In this document: in pieces, positions 38,801-47,353 of the stretch | How the letters are laid out: every line of letters begins with the position of its first letter | Position numbering within the stretch: the first letter of the stretch is position 1 | Assembly (NCBI RefSeq): GCF_964355755.1 | Contig: NC_092673.1 | Location: 17,047,648-17,111,647 of the forward strand | DNA: 64,000 bases | Direction of reading: 5' to 3' | Origin: Antedon mediterranea | Taxonomy: Eukaryota; Animalia; Echinodermata | Position numbers and translations under genes: made by a program | Notes under the pieces: model-generated | The model's database searches: none | Seen by the model: the letters and a program-made list of their open reading frames with translations, nothing else | Told to the model about the DNA's origin: nothing

Positions 38801-40206
38801 TGGTTTTTTTTTTCAGAATTAGAGGAAACAATAATGATACATATCTCTTGGTATCTTTATTTAATTTCAATCTTTAAACATAAAATATACAAATAAAAAT
38901 CCATAGCAGCCAAAAAATTTAAATTGGGGATTTTTTTACAAACACCTTAATATAAATTTCACATACTTTCAAATAAATATTATATAATAATAATAATGAT
39001 AATAGTTCATTCTTATATAAGCAAGCTCTCAATGTGCCGAACATTATTACCCTAGTCATTTTTTTGTTGATCAAACGCGTATGGAAACATGCTTCCATAA
39101 TGCAGCTAGTAATCAGCGCAAAGTTGTGTCTTGATCTAACCGGGTACCCATTTATACACCTGGGTGGAGAGAGGCAAACGTAAGTAAAGTATCTTGCCTA
39201 CGGATACAAGCAATGGGAAGAGAGTTGGATTCGAACCTTGGTCTCACGATCAGTAGTCCAACGTCCAACACACTGCGAGACACGCCTCACATTATATATA
39301 CGGTATTAAACAATTTAAGAATTACACACACATAAAAGCAAACAAAAGACACAAATAATTTGTGCAATAAATGTGTGTGTGTGTTATTGTTGTTTATATT
39401 TAAGAAGAATTTCTATTGTTATTTTATTATGATACCTGACAAATAAAGCTTTTCATATTTCAGTACTTTTCTGTAATTTTATTTGCAGGAAACACAATGG
39501 CAGATTCTGAATCTTTGAACAATTTCCGAGACCTAAAAGCTGGTCTCAGTAGGTGCTTTGATGGTGATAGATACCATTGGTTAAGGTTTCTACTATTTGA
39601 TAAGTTGGATGTCGGTGACATTACAAATCAAGATTTCAATGGAAATAACTTACTCAATGCACTTGAAGACAAAGATTTCATCTCACCAACCAATGTTAAC
39701 TTGCTGTTAGAGATTGTGAATACATCTGAAATGGCACAAGCCAAAGATCTTGTATCAAAGTATATGAGTGAAAACAAAGTTCAGAATAGACATACTGGTA
39801 AAACCAAGTTGTCGTCTTACAGAAAACGACTGTTCAAGGCCCTGAAACAAGTTGACCCAGATGCATTACGTAATGTTACTGCTTACTATAAATTGACAAA
39901 ATATAACTTCTCCAATGTATGGAATGCAGTTCTCCGTCTGGAGATTGAGCAAGAATTATCTGATGATTTAGACAAAATACAGATGTTTGCAGGTCGTCTT
40001 AGCAAAGTAGCAAGTAACATACTACTTGGTATGCATATATTCTTTGTTTTGTATTAAGTTATTTGTAAAGTTATTGAATCTTTCATTTTTAAACAGTTTC
40101 AGTAATTGTAATTTGATTCAAATTAATAATATCTGGTTTACTTTATTTATTAAAGTTAATTATTTACATTAAATGATTATTTATAGGCGATAGTGAGAAG
40201 AAATGA
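5694..40206 (+). CDS. Spliced Roco-family gene (5'-incomplete): Roc-COR / Roc-COR / 2-TM hairpin / tandem DED-like; about 30 exons, about 1,680 aa inside the window
   Basis: Hand-assembled GT-AG exons join in one open frame. Module 1 is 1977 nt in 12 exons and module 2 is 2199 nt in 13 exons, followed by exons of 219, 45, 45 and 540 nt and a TGA at 40204-40206. There are two sets of G1-G4 motifs (GKEGVGKT/STDGI/WDFAGQ/THMD and GPEGVGKT/VTDGI/WDHGGQ/THKA), each followed by COR motifs (VPxKW, L[NY]D[AL]GxI, F[IV]PxR). Confidence 0.82.
6439..6539 (+). CDS. Roc1 exon with G2/switch I (NNSREPSTDGIVTTTVFQAKEDCSKWKRVKDVD)
   Basis: atag acceptor, gtaaga donor, STDGI motif, frame continuous. Confidence 0.88.
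7226..7294 (+). CDS. Roc1 exon (DVELTKKFLAHALAKNVDRKLKK)
   Basis: Polypyrimidine tract plus tag acceptor, gtttgc donor, phase 1-1. Not in the ORF track. Confidence 0.75.
7405..7541 (+). CDS. Roc1 exon with G3 (ITSIWDFAGQLDYYITHR)
   Basis: ttag acceptor, gtatgt donor, canonical Roc WDFAGQxxYYxTH. Confidence 0.92.
8180..8269 (+). CDS. Roc1 exon (FFLTNKVSYCVTFNVMDNLDKPAHPRDSSI)
   Basis: ttcag acceptor, gtaagt donor. 90 nt, the same size as paralogous exon 25479-25568. Confidence 0.88.
8353..8544 (+). CDS. Roc1 exon with G4 (PPICLVATHMD)
   Basis: ttag acceptor, gtaata donor, TH-x-D motif. Confidence 0.9.
8713..8955 (+). CDS. Roc1 end / COR1 start exon (YMVDN...VPVKWVDLQERL)
   Basis: aag acceptor, gtaaga donor, COR VPxxW motif. 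Confidence 0.88.
9090..9738. mobile_element. piggyBac-type MITE in an intron
   Basis: TTAA on both sides; 13-bp TIR cccattgactgcc / ggcagtcaatggg. Confidence 0.88.
9814..10008 (+). CDS. COR1 exon (AITYLNDAGIIMY...IVITNLHWMINILTKVI)
   Basis: ttag acceptor, gtaggt donor, COR L-x-D-x-G motif. 195 nt, like paralog 28177-28371. Confidence 0.88.
10158..10328 (+). CDS. COR1 exon (LWKKLDCEGVLEEKLLRYLWG...FVELMKVFRLL)
   Basis: atag acceptor, gtaggc donor, 57 codons open. Not in the ORF track. Confidence 0.85.
10464..10766 (+). CDS. COR1 exon (FFIPCRM...DFLPDAVYNTLVV...YALK)
   Basis: acag acceptor, gtatga donor. 303 nt, like paralog 28984-29286. Confidence 0.88.
11345..11449 (+). CDS. COR1 exon (LEISRWTDIKQ...QPSVCME)
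   Basis: acag acceptor, gtaaaa donor, 35 codons open. Confidence 0.78.
11532..11736 (+). CDS. COR1 terminal exon with Cys/His cluster (CTACDPYEHH...PC...MDTARIKHLF)
   Basis: ttag acceptor, gtaagt donor, ends in phase 1. Confidence 0.87.
13185..13331 (+). mobile_element. Short tRNA-derived SINE / retroposed tRNA-like sequence with poly-A tail
   Basis: A box tagtttagtggt, B box ggttcaatcc, poly(A) at about 13315-13331. Confidence 0.6.
13390..13508 (+). pseudogene. Truncated duplicate of the first Roc2 exon (EKNIPFAVAVHGRDFKEAYNEASKEGSVKINLGMLKVI*); possible alternative terminal exon
   Basis: Shares gtcaaaatcaatcttggaatgcttaaagt with about 15848-15876 and has a homologous ttatcag acceptor. 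The upstream intron (about 13080-13150) resembles 15650-15710. It stops just before the P-loop. Confidence 0.75.
15144..15185 (+). mobile_element. Helitron-like 3' end (hairpin plus CTAGT)
   Basis: ctagagggggag...cgaagcgagctcaccctctagt forms a GC-rich hairpin ending in CTAGT. The 5' end was not located. Confidence 0.45.
15741..15933 (+). CDS. Roc2 exon with P-loop (ENIPSAITAHG...KVIGPEGVGKTCLINACLGK)
   Basis: ttcttag acceptor, with an alternative in-frame ttatcag at 15767. gtaagt donor. Phase 1 is compatible with the exon ending at 11736. Confidence 0.9.
16165..16250 (+). CDS. Roc2 exon with G2 (FNPKHDVTDGIAVIRTVSTTWTEDYDDS)
   Basis: ttcag acceptor, gtaaac donor, TDGI motif. Confidence 0.87.
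16533..20427 (-). mobile_element. Sola3-like DNA transposon, internally deleted, with very long TIRs
   Basis: TTAA TSD (16529-16532, 20428-20431), GAG...CTC termini, about 600-750 bp inverted arms. Decayed protein fragments on the minus strand at about 18300-19330 (GWALK...RFS..QKTYL...GQKADP; INNIEY...VWMAYGVG). Confidence 0.8.
20512..20573 (+). CDS. Roc2 exon (GNPSKQFTKFVADKMRTMTEK)
   Basis: ttttcag acceptor, gtatgt donor, phase 1-0. Positional paralog of 7226-7294. Confidence 0.72.
20903..21110 (+). CDS. Asp-rich low-complexity exon within Roc2 (AVQRPPTDDDESEN...DDHDKQRN)
   Basis: gtag acceptor, gtaatg donor. Phase 0-1 exactly bridges the neighbouring exons; 69 codons without a stop. Confidence 0.7.
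21207..22821. mobile_element. TTAA-flanked TIR element (Kolobok-like MITE) hosting a Penelope fragment
   Basis: Perfect inverted ends ttaa-aatggacctgaaatggattttcgattt / aaatcgaaaatccatttcaggtccatt-ttaa. Confidence 0.8.
21625..22360 (+). mobile_element. Penelope-like retroelement fragment (decayed RT on +, inverted 3' end on -)
   Basis: KPPKSNVSKEERQVLYKLKKEPDILVLPADKGKATVVVD, PKIHK..PYRPII and VSHDVVSL, with frameshifts. The minus strand at about 21713-21760 reads RDEGGYKLSQVW (GIY-YIG C-terminus). Confidence 0.85.
23560..24062 (+). mobile_element. Decayed 3' end of an L2/CR1-group LINE
   Basis: ILYCGPK..W.SLP...SITSFKLNLK-like C-terminal RT signature, followed by a T-rich UTR and aataaa. 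Confidence 0.5.
24404..24549 (+). CDS. Roc2 exon with G3 (TFNIWDHGGQLIYHGIHR)
   Basis: tacag acceptor, gtaagt donor, DxxGQ motif. Confidence 0.88.
25479..25568 (+). CDS. Roc2 exon (MFMTLEALYIVVFDLSVNLEDRAIFIDANG)
   Basis: ttgcag acceptor, gtaagt donor, Roc ALYxVVFDLS strand. Confidence 0.9.
26620..26830 (-). mobile_element. Academ-type transposon protein fragment (XPG/PIN-like nuclease motif)
   Basis: Minus-strand translation NLQSSQEETDSRVILYCFYG...RIRSPDSDIFFILLHH shows the EE[AT]D[TS]R and SPD[TS]D acidic motifs. Family assignment is from memory of AcademX proteins. Confidence 0.6.
26998..27177 (+). CDS. Roc2 exon with variant G4 (PTILIVGTHKAEL)
   Basis: poly-T cag acceptor, gtaata donor, 60 codons open. 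Confidence 0.9.
27406..27654 (+). CDS. Roc2 end / COR2 start exon (YFAIENS...PVPLKWMRF)
   Basis: ttag acceptor, gtaaat donor, VPLKW motif. Confidence 0.88.
28177..28371 (+). CDS. COR2 exon (LLNFLYDLGEIVY...AVLDPMRLVKIV)
   Basis: tttag acceptor, gtaagt donor, COR FLxDLG and VLDP motifs. Not in the ORF track. Confidence 0.9.
28552..28746 (+). CDS. COR2 exon (KGILEEDLLRELWK...LVALMIQLGFIC)
   Basis: ttag acceptor, gtatgt donor. Paralog of 10158-10328. Confidence 0.88.
28984..29286 (+). CDS. COR2 exon (FFVPLRL...GYLPDVLFPYMII...FLLK)
   Basis: ttcag acceptor, gtactg donor, 303 nt. Confidence 0.88.
29380..29451 (+). CDS. COR2 exon (VTIKRTNAPNEASNEEPSSEACKE)
   Basis: ttcag acceptor, gtttgt donor. 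Paralog of 11345-11449 (ends CxE). Confidence 0.8.
30351..30570 (+). CDS. COR2 terminal exon with Cys/His cluster (LCDVC...KH...TC...MDVKRYKQLFV)
   Basis: tttag acceptor, gtaaga donor, ends in phase 1. Paralog of 11532-11736. Confidence 0.87.
30780..30925 (-). mobile_element. tRNA-derived SINE head
   Basis: Minus strand has A box tggtctaatag and B box ggttcgaatcc, then a T-run. No proper acceptor stem. Confidence 0.6.
31380..33210. repeat. 57-bp tandem satellite (about 32 copies) with an internal (CA)n
   Basis: Unit cacaaaatgtatgtagacataaggatacagacaatttggaagNcacaaa(ca)n gives the 19-aa periodic ORFs. Confidence 0.95.
33395..33613 (+). CDS. Symmetric cassette exon with two predicted transmembrane helices plus a duplicated COR tail (MDVKRYKRLFG)
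   Basis: ttcag acceptor, gtaaaa donor, 219 nt, phase 1-1. Hydrophobic stretches VITVFSFLIGVFAVLINIL and MATCIGVLVLILVGFWCL. Confidence 0.72.
33737..37338. repeat. 88-bp tandem satellite (about 41 copies)
   Basis: ORF starts recur every 88 bp. Unit accagtagtagtactatcagaatcattattgataatc...cctctt. Confidence 0.95.
38228..38272 (+). CDS. 45-nt linker micro-exon, copy 1 (DKSGPKERKGRETDQ)
   Basis: tttgcag acceptor, gtaatt donor, phase 1-1. Confidence 0.7.
38676..38720 (+). CDS. 45-nt linker micro-exon, copy 2 (identical to copy 1)
   Basis: Same splice sites, inside a tandem duplication of about 447 bp. Confidence 0.65.
38990..39292 (-). mobile_element. tRNA-derived SINE (CORE-like body) with (ATT)n tail
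   Basis: B box ggttcgaatcc on the minus strand. Body ggtacccatttatacacctgggtggagagaggca...gtaaagtatcttgcc is typical of invertebrate SINEs. Confidence 0.7.
39489..40028 (+). CDS. Exon encoding tandem death-effector-domain-like folds
   Basis: ttgcag acceptor, gtatgc donor, 540 nt, phase 1-1. DED-like pattern FRDLKAGLS...LRFLLFD...LLNALEDKDFISPTNVNLLLEIV...AKDLVSKY, then a second weaker unit SYRKRLFKALKQVD...AVLRLE. Confidence 0.8.
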
Positions 40207-40244
40207 GGCAGCATCATCAAGTCACCAATGTGAACAAAGTGAAG
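40187..40244 (+). CDS. Short exon containing the stop (GDSEKK*); looks frameshifted
   Basis: ttatag acceptor and gtaaat donor, 58 nt. TGA at 40204 in the incoming frame, but another frame reads NEAASSSHQCEQSE up to a phase-1 donor. Confidence 0.55.
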
Positions 40245-40908
40245 GTAAATTGTTCATTAAAGTTGGGAGATAAACATAAAAAAGGAAGATCATATATGAT
40301 GATATATGATATGATAATATGATTAAGATGATAAAAAGTTGGTGATATTGAGGATATTACTCTAAAATTTAGGATTTATAATACACAGAATATAATAATG
40401 TAAATTATTATAAAAGAATAAAATGTGAGTGAGTAGTTTTGTTTTACTGTAGTTGTTTCTAAAAACTGATTATAGATAAACAATTATTGAATTATAATTA
40501 TATTATAATCATATTCAAACAGTGATGATTATTAAACAATAATTATAACAATGCTGAATTATTTACTTGAAATTTGAAATGATTTTGTGGTCTTTCGTGA
40601 ATTTTTATTTATAAATCTTAAAACAGTAGGGTAATTATGATAAGAATGCTATCTACTGAATTTATTTCCTTAAATTGGAAATGATTTTGTGGCGTTTCAT
40701 GAATTATACTGTGATCATATTCAAATAATGATTATGATTTCAACAATAATTATGATGCTAATCTACTGAATTTATTACATTGGAAAATATTGTGGTGTTT
40801 TATGAATTTATATTTATTATTCAAAATCTTAAAAAACAATTACACTTTCCACAATAATCATGATAACTGGTATACTAAATTGATTGATACTGTTTTTCAT
40901 CCGTATAG

Positions 40909-40964
40909 ATCTCTCAGAGGATGATGAAGACTTAAGTAACAGACTTAGCCCAATGATGCAATAA
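40909..40964 (+). CDS. Possible last coding exon (DLSEDDEDLSNRLSPMMQ*)
   Basis: Pyrimidine-rich tatag acceptor, phase 1, acidic linker-like peptide, TAA overlapping AATAAA. Confidence 0.4.
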
Positions 40965-41177
40965 ACAAGAACATTCTATTCATACAAATGTTAGAGTTAA
41001 AGTGTTGAAAACTGGTACCAGTACAACCTCTTTTATCTCCGAATTGAGTAGCGATTTGGTTGCGATGTAATGTTAGTGTGTCATACCTCAATGTACAAAA
41101 GCGTAGATACCTTGGTATCCCAGAATTAAAACACACTAGTTATTGTCTGTGGTGTTTTCTTTCTAAAAAAAAATATC

Positions 41178-41398
41178 TGTCCCCTTATAATAGGATTAAA
41201 TCAACCATTTGGCACTCTTAAACGTGTCCCTGTCCCTTTAATAGGATTAAATCAACCATTTGGCACTCTCAAATGTGTCCCTGTCCCTTTAATAGGATTA
41301 AATCAACCATTTGGCACTTTTAAACGTGTCCCTGTCCCTTTAATAGGATTAAATCAACCATTTGGCACTCCCAAACGTGTCCCTGTCCCTTTAATAGG
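41178..41398. repeat. 51-bp minisatellite, about 4 copies
   Basis: tgtccctttaataggattaaatcaaccatttggcact...gtgtccc repeated. Confidence 0.9.
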
Positions 41399-41467
41399 GG
41401 TGTCCCCTGATTAGGAGTTGGCTGTAGTGTTAAAACATATATTTCCCCTCGTTTTATGAGGAAGTTT

Positions 41468-42142
41468 CCCCTGAATAGGGGTGTCCTAAAGTAGGGGTTT
41501 ACTCCAGTAGTAAAGAGGAGGGGTGTGTCCCCTTAATATGGATATGTCCCCTGAATAGGGGTGTCCTAAAGAAGGGTTTACTCCAGTAATAAAGAGGATG
41601 GATGTGTCCCCTGAATAGGGGTGTGTCCTCTGAATGGGGGTGTCCTAAAGAAGGGGTTTACTCCAGTAGTAAAGAGGAGGGGTGTGTCCCCTTAATATGG
41701 GTGTGTCCCCTGAATAGGGGTGTCCTAAAGAAGGGGTTTACTCTAGTAGTAAAGAGGAGGGGTGTGTCCCCTGAATAGGGGTGTCCTAAAGAAGGGGTTT
41801 ACTCCAGTAGTAAAGAGGAGGGGTGTGTCCCCTTAATATGGGTGTGTCCCCTGAATAGGGGTGTCCTAAAGAAGGGGTTTACTCTAGTAGTAAAGAGGAG
41901 GGGTGAGTCCCCTGAATAGGGGTGTGTCCCCTGAATAGGGGTGTCTTAAAGAAGGGGTTTACTCCAGTAGTAAAGAGGATGGGGTGTGTCCCCTGAATAG
42001 GGATGTGTCCCCTGAATGGGGGTGTCCTAAAGAAGGGGTTTACTCCAGTAGTAAAGAGGAGGGGTGTGTCCCCTTAATATGGGTGTGTCCCCTGAATAGG
42101 GGTGTCCTAAAGAAGGTGTTTACTCCAGTAGTAAAGAGGAGG
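41468..42142. repeat. Compound GC-richer minisatellite (about 60-77 bp units)
   Basis: Recurring cccctgaataggggtgtcctaaagaaggggtttactccagtagtaaagaggagggg. Confidence 0.9.
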
Positions 42143-43962
42143 CGTTCTACTATTGAAAGATTTATTATAAGATTTCAGTGTACTAAACGGTACATGAATG
42201 TTAGTAACAAAAAAAAGACAACAAAACAAAATAACAATACTGGAATATTTACAAAAAATAACAGTAGGCCTACAAAGATTTTTTATAAGATTTCAGTGTA
42301 CTAAACAGTACATGAATGTATGTGGGTATAAAACATTGCTACTGTTCCTGTTGCAGACATTACCTATTGCTATATTTAGAGATAAGACCATTTTAACTGT
42401 TTTTATATTTTGTTGTGCATTTATATTAGAGTCTCTAAGGTTGAGATTACAGGCAAAAATCACGACAAATATACATTTTTTGAATAAGAATTGAGTTATG
42501 TAAGAGTTATGTATGTGCTACCTCAGACCTCAATGCCATAAAAGAATAATGGATTAATAAATGAATTGTAGATTATAATTAGGATGTCTTGAGGAACAAA
42601 ATATTTTTTTTTCTTACATTTTGAAATAAACTATGAATATTATTTTTCCATGAAAGAAATTTATCAAACAAGCCTTTATCTACTTCATTGATTACATTCT
42701 CTCCAATTAAGAGATCCAATTTTGTTTAAAATGTTTCTTCTGTTTTGAAAAATAATCCAAAGGTCAAAGTTCACTCTTGATTCCCCTTTTTATTAAAAAC
42801 AAAAATGTTCCCGTGAAGGAATTCAACCGACAACATTATAGTACAGTACAGTAAATGAACTGAGATTAAATATTAAAAATAAAGAGGAAAAAAAACACCT
42901 AGGAACTGGAAGTAGTTGGAATGTCTTCCAATTTTTGTTTAACTTCAGAGAACCAGTTAATTATATAGTTAATTTATTTTTTTTATATGCAGAATTACAA
43001 AAACAAAACGGGACAAAAATAATATGCAAATGAGACCAGGTAAACGGAAGAACAGAATCAGAGCTCACCACCATACTAGACATAGACACAACTTTGTTGA
43101 ATCTCACTGTGCTACTAAACAGCACTTCTCTAACCCTGTTCCATATTTGATCCAATTATTAAACAAACAATGCTTAAATCTAAATTAATGTTTGATGAAT
43201 GATTGTTTATACAGTAGTGTTCAATTTTTTTTTGTACAGTACAAATTATATATTTGTTATGAATGAATTTTATAATGTCTATTTGTTGAATGAATATATT
43301 TTGATGTTTTTTCACTTTTAATTCAATTTTAATTAAACTCAATTCAGTATGCTGCTATGTTTTAATGTTATTCATATTTTTTAATAAATACTAAATTATG
43401 AATGAAAAACTTGTTTGTTTATTTGTAAGGATAGTGTTTTTTGAAGGGGGAGATTTTAACACCGAGGATATAAAATTATACGTGCTAGCTATTGTTAAAA
43501 ATGTATTGTATATTATAGGAATAATAATATCCATTTCAACAACCCGCTGGAGGTCGAGTAATAAAGTTCTTCGATAATATTGCAGCGATAAAAATATGTA
43601 GACAAATTGTGATTGCGCCCTCTATAACAAATAAAGTTTATCACCAACCACCACACGTTTTTATATGCAGAAGAATAACAAAAACAAGAAGTAAGTTTTG
43701 TTTCATTATTATCATACCATATCATATACGGAATTCTTTATACTGTATTGTTTTAATAGCAGGTCTTTATTTGGATCTTATATTCGTATCCTAGGGCTAG
43801 GCTATAGGCCCTACCTAGCTAAACTAGGCCAGGTCTAGGGCCTATAGGCCTATATGCCCTAAATAGTAGGCTAGGTAGCCTAGTAGATAGGGCCTAGGCC
43901 TCTACTAGGCTACTACTACTAGCTAGGCCGAGCCATCTACGTACTACACTACTAGGCCTAGG

Positions 43963-44870
43963 GGCGCTAGTTCCGTTTCGCATCTGTCTTTTATCTCGAC
44001 TCCAAATGTGTTAAGGAACTTTATCCTGAATACCACACTTTAGAATTAGACCTCATAAGTACTTTTACGATGGAGAATCACAGAAAAAGTAACAAATATA
44101 TCCTTTAAATCGATGAAATTAAAGACATGTTTTTTGCACGTGGTTTGTGAATTTCGCACACTCCATGTTCAATATTGACATTTCTATGGAGCGTCAAAAG
44201 AGCAACTATAATAGAGGGCTAAAAAGGCAGTGGAATGCGCATATTTAATGCATCTATTGGTGAAAATTACGTTCAATTTAAATATATTTTATCAATGTTA
44301 CTACTACTACTACTACTGCGTCGAGCTTGCTCGGATCAAAAGAAGAAGAAGATTATCAATGTTAATACAACTAAACTGTTGATACTGTACATGGTTTTCG
44401 ACAAATCGACAAATTCATCATCATAAGATGTACTGTAGGTTATATACCTCAATGATCTAAATAATATCCGTTTTAGTCCTGGACATAGACCAATTAGATG
44501 CTGATTTAGGGTCGTTTAATGTTCTTTGAAAACAGCACATTATCGGCAGTAACATGTAGCAATTGACAAAAAAATTGTGAATTAAAACGTGTATTTCATA
44601 AATAGATGCATTAAAAAAGTAGACGCATTCCACTGAATTTTTAACCCTCTATTTATATAGTTGCTCTTTTGGCGCTCCATAGAGACGAAAAAAATGAACT
44701 TCGTGTATGCGAAATTCGCGAACGGTGTGCAAGAAACACGTCTGTAAAATCATCAATTTAAAGGATTTACTTGTTACTTTTTATGTGATTCTTCTTCATA
44801 CAAGTACTTATGAGGCTCCAATTCTAAGGTGTGGTATTCAAAATAAGTTTGGAGTCGAAATAAAACAGCT
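43963..44870. mobile_element. Fold-back MITE, same family as 288-1119
   Basis: Shared arms (ctttatcctgaataccac; tctatggagcg.caaaagagcaa) and shared core (ttctttgaaaacag...gcagtaacat). Confidence 0.78.
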
Positions 44871-45201
44871 AGGGCCAGGCATGGCCCAGACCCAGGCGAT
44901 CGGGGAGCCCAATAATCTTGTAAGACGATTGGGACAAGAGACGATCGGGCACAAAATAAAAATGTAGGGTCTCACAACTAAATGACAACTCAAACAAATG
45001 TTTGTGCTCCCGAAGCCATCTTGCAGAGATGACCAGCTGAGAGTAAAAACGGAGAATATATTACAAGAATGAGTAATCTGCAATTTTTGCATTAGAAATT
45101 TGTAACAGAGCATAAATGCCCACCCTCATGAGGGCGGATGTATACAGACTAAAGAAGACTTGATTTGACAGATATTATGTCATAATAGAATTATGATAAT
45201 A

Positions 45202-45713
45202 CAGTAGAACCTTCATTTTACGTACGGTACGCGTGAGACCAAAAGACGTACATAAAACATGGGATTCGTAAAATCCAGGTTGACCTTAAATTGACCCCAA
45301 ATACGTAGATTATAGCTAAAAAGGCTGCCATGTTTGCCTACAGTACTTTACTGCACAGCATGCAGGTTTTCACTAGCTAGGCCTAGACTAACCTAGGGCC
45401 AGGCCAGGCCAGGCTAAGCAGGCCTAGCAAGATGTGAGGCCTAACTAGAAAAGTGCAGTAATACAGGCTGTGCGATGTTTAAATAAAGTGTTTTAAATAA
45501 AATATCAATGTTCTTGTATTTTTCATAATAAAAACAGTCACTGCTGTAGGTGGAATGCACATGTGTAGCTTGTCTCTCACACAGCAGAGTTCCTCACACA
45601 CAGCCATGACTTTGTGCTTGTTAAATTGCGCCCTCAATGTAAGAAAATGATGATGTCATCAGTCATTTTAAGCGTACGTAAAATCCAGGGAACGTAAAAC
45701 AGAGGTTCTACTG
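45202..45713. mobile_element. Tc1/mariner (pogo/Tigger-like) MITE
   Basis: TIR cagtagaacct..ttttacgt / acgtaaaac.gaggttctactg. TA on the left, TG on the right. Confidence 0.75.
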
Positions 45714-47353
45714 TGTATTTAAATTTGATTTCTTTTAATTTAATTTATATTGTTACATGTTTATGTCTCGTCATATTTTTGTGAGGGTCCCTAATGGTCA
45801 GCTTCGGCTGGATGGACCACCCTCCTAAAATATTGTTGAAATAAAAATAAATAAATAATACATTTTATAAAACATTTTTAATAGCAAACTATGGGTACAT
45901 TCACTTCTACAGAAAATTATTAAAGATGTATTGTCGCTTGAACACAAAAAAATGAAGGTCAAAATATTCTAAATTTAAATTGGCCATACCAAAGTAATAT
46001 TAAAGTTATTCACTTTAAGTTGAAAATTTGAGCCAGAAACAAAAATTTTACGTAATTAACAGCTAAATTAATTTGATTACATTTCGTCTGGAAAATCGTC
46101 GCGAGCGAAATTAAACAAAGATTTCAAACCTTGAGTATACATTTGCATGATGCTAATTAGGATTGTTTACAACTTGTCACGGTTGAGAAGAAGGTGTTTT
46201 CACACAGATCGCGATGAAGTTTTATGATTATGCATACAGAGTAGCCAAATAAGCGCGTTGCATTATGAGATATGTTTTGATCGAAAACTTTGACTGGAAG
46301 TCAAAGTTATTTTGTGAACCAAAAAACGTCTGTATTTTAGTTAAATGATTTTTTTTTCTACTAATTTTTGGTGAAAGTTAATAACTATTATGATACTTCA
46401 AAATGACCCACTTTTTTCGAAATCTTTTTTTTTTTTTTTTTTGGAATTTGACAAAGGGACAATACAACTTTAAATTAGTTCACAAAGAAAGACCGAACCA
46501 CAACAACAAACATCTACCCAGCGTTACTCAGCATGGTCTATTCTTTGCTGCGTAATAATCTATGCCTGGTAAATTAAGTAATTTATTTATGATATAAATG
46601 TTACATTTGATTAATATTTATTTTTTCTACTAGAAACAAGTTAAATAGATATATTATTAAACTATCCTTCGTGAAAACAAGTCAACAACAATCTATCTGC
46701 TATGCTATGCCAGGGCTAGGTAGTGCCATTGTTAACCCACTCACTATAGTTCATCCTCATTATCACTTTGGTAATAGTAGTGTACAATGACAGAGTATTG
46801 ACATATTTCATTTTATTATCACTCTGTGTAAATATAACCAAAATGGTAATAGTACAGAGAGTTATAAACTGCTGTGTGTTCTATTTATTATCTTTGTTGA
46901 ACATTAGAATACAATGTTAATATTAAATCTATGGTAAAGATTATCTGATAACAAATTGTATAACAGGAACTCAATAATCAAAACAAACAAATCATTAATA
47001 ACAATTTCTACCCTGGTTTTCTGTATAAGTGTTATAATGAACTTGTTATCATATAAACTGTCCGACCAGAGCAATATGTACAACAAATATATTTAGATTA
47101 TATAAAGATAATAACTGTTTGCTAAAGTATTCTGACTGTATATAGACCCTGAACCAGACCAGATCAAATGTGAGATAACAAATTACCTATCAGAGGTCCC
47201 TGTAGCCCATTCAAATAAGACCAATTTTGACAAATATAGTCAGGGCCATACACAGGATTTTATTTGGGTGGATGCTGATTAATATATTTTGGACCATTTT
47301 CATAATATTGAGTGAAGACGATAAGACCCTATAAATGTGGACCTTTTGCAATT

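Noticed and set aside
42993-43390. Further exon after a tgcag acceptor, with AATAAA at about 43383
   Set aside because: It could be a 3' UTR exon, but there is no recognisable protein or matching upstream donor, so it is not supportable without RNA data.
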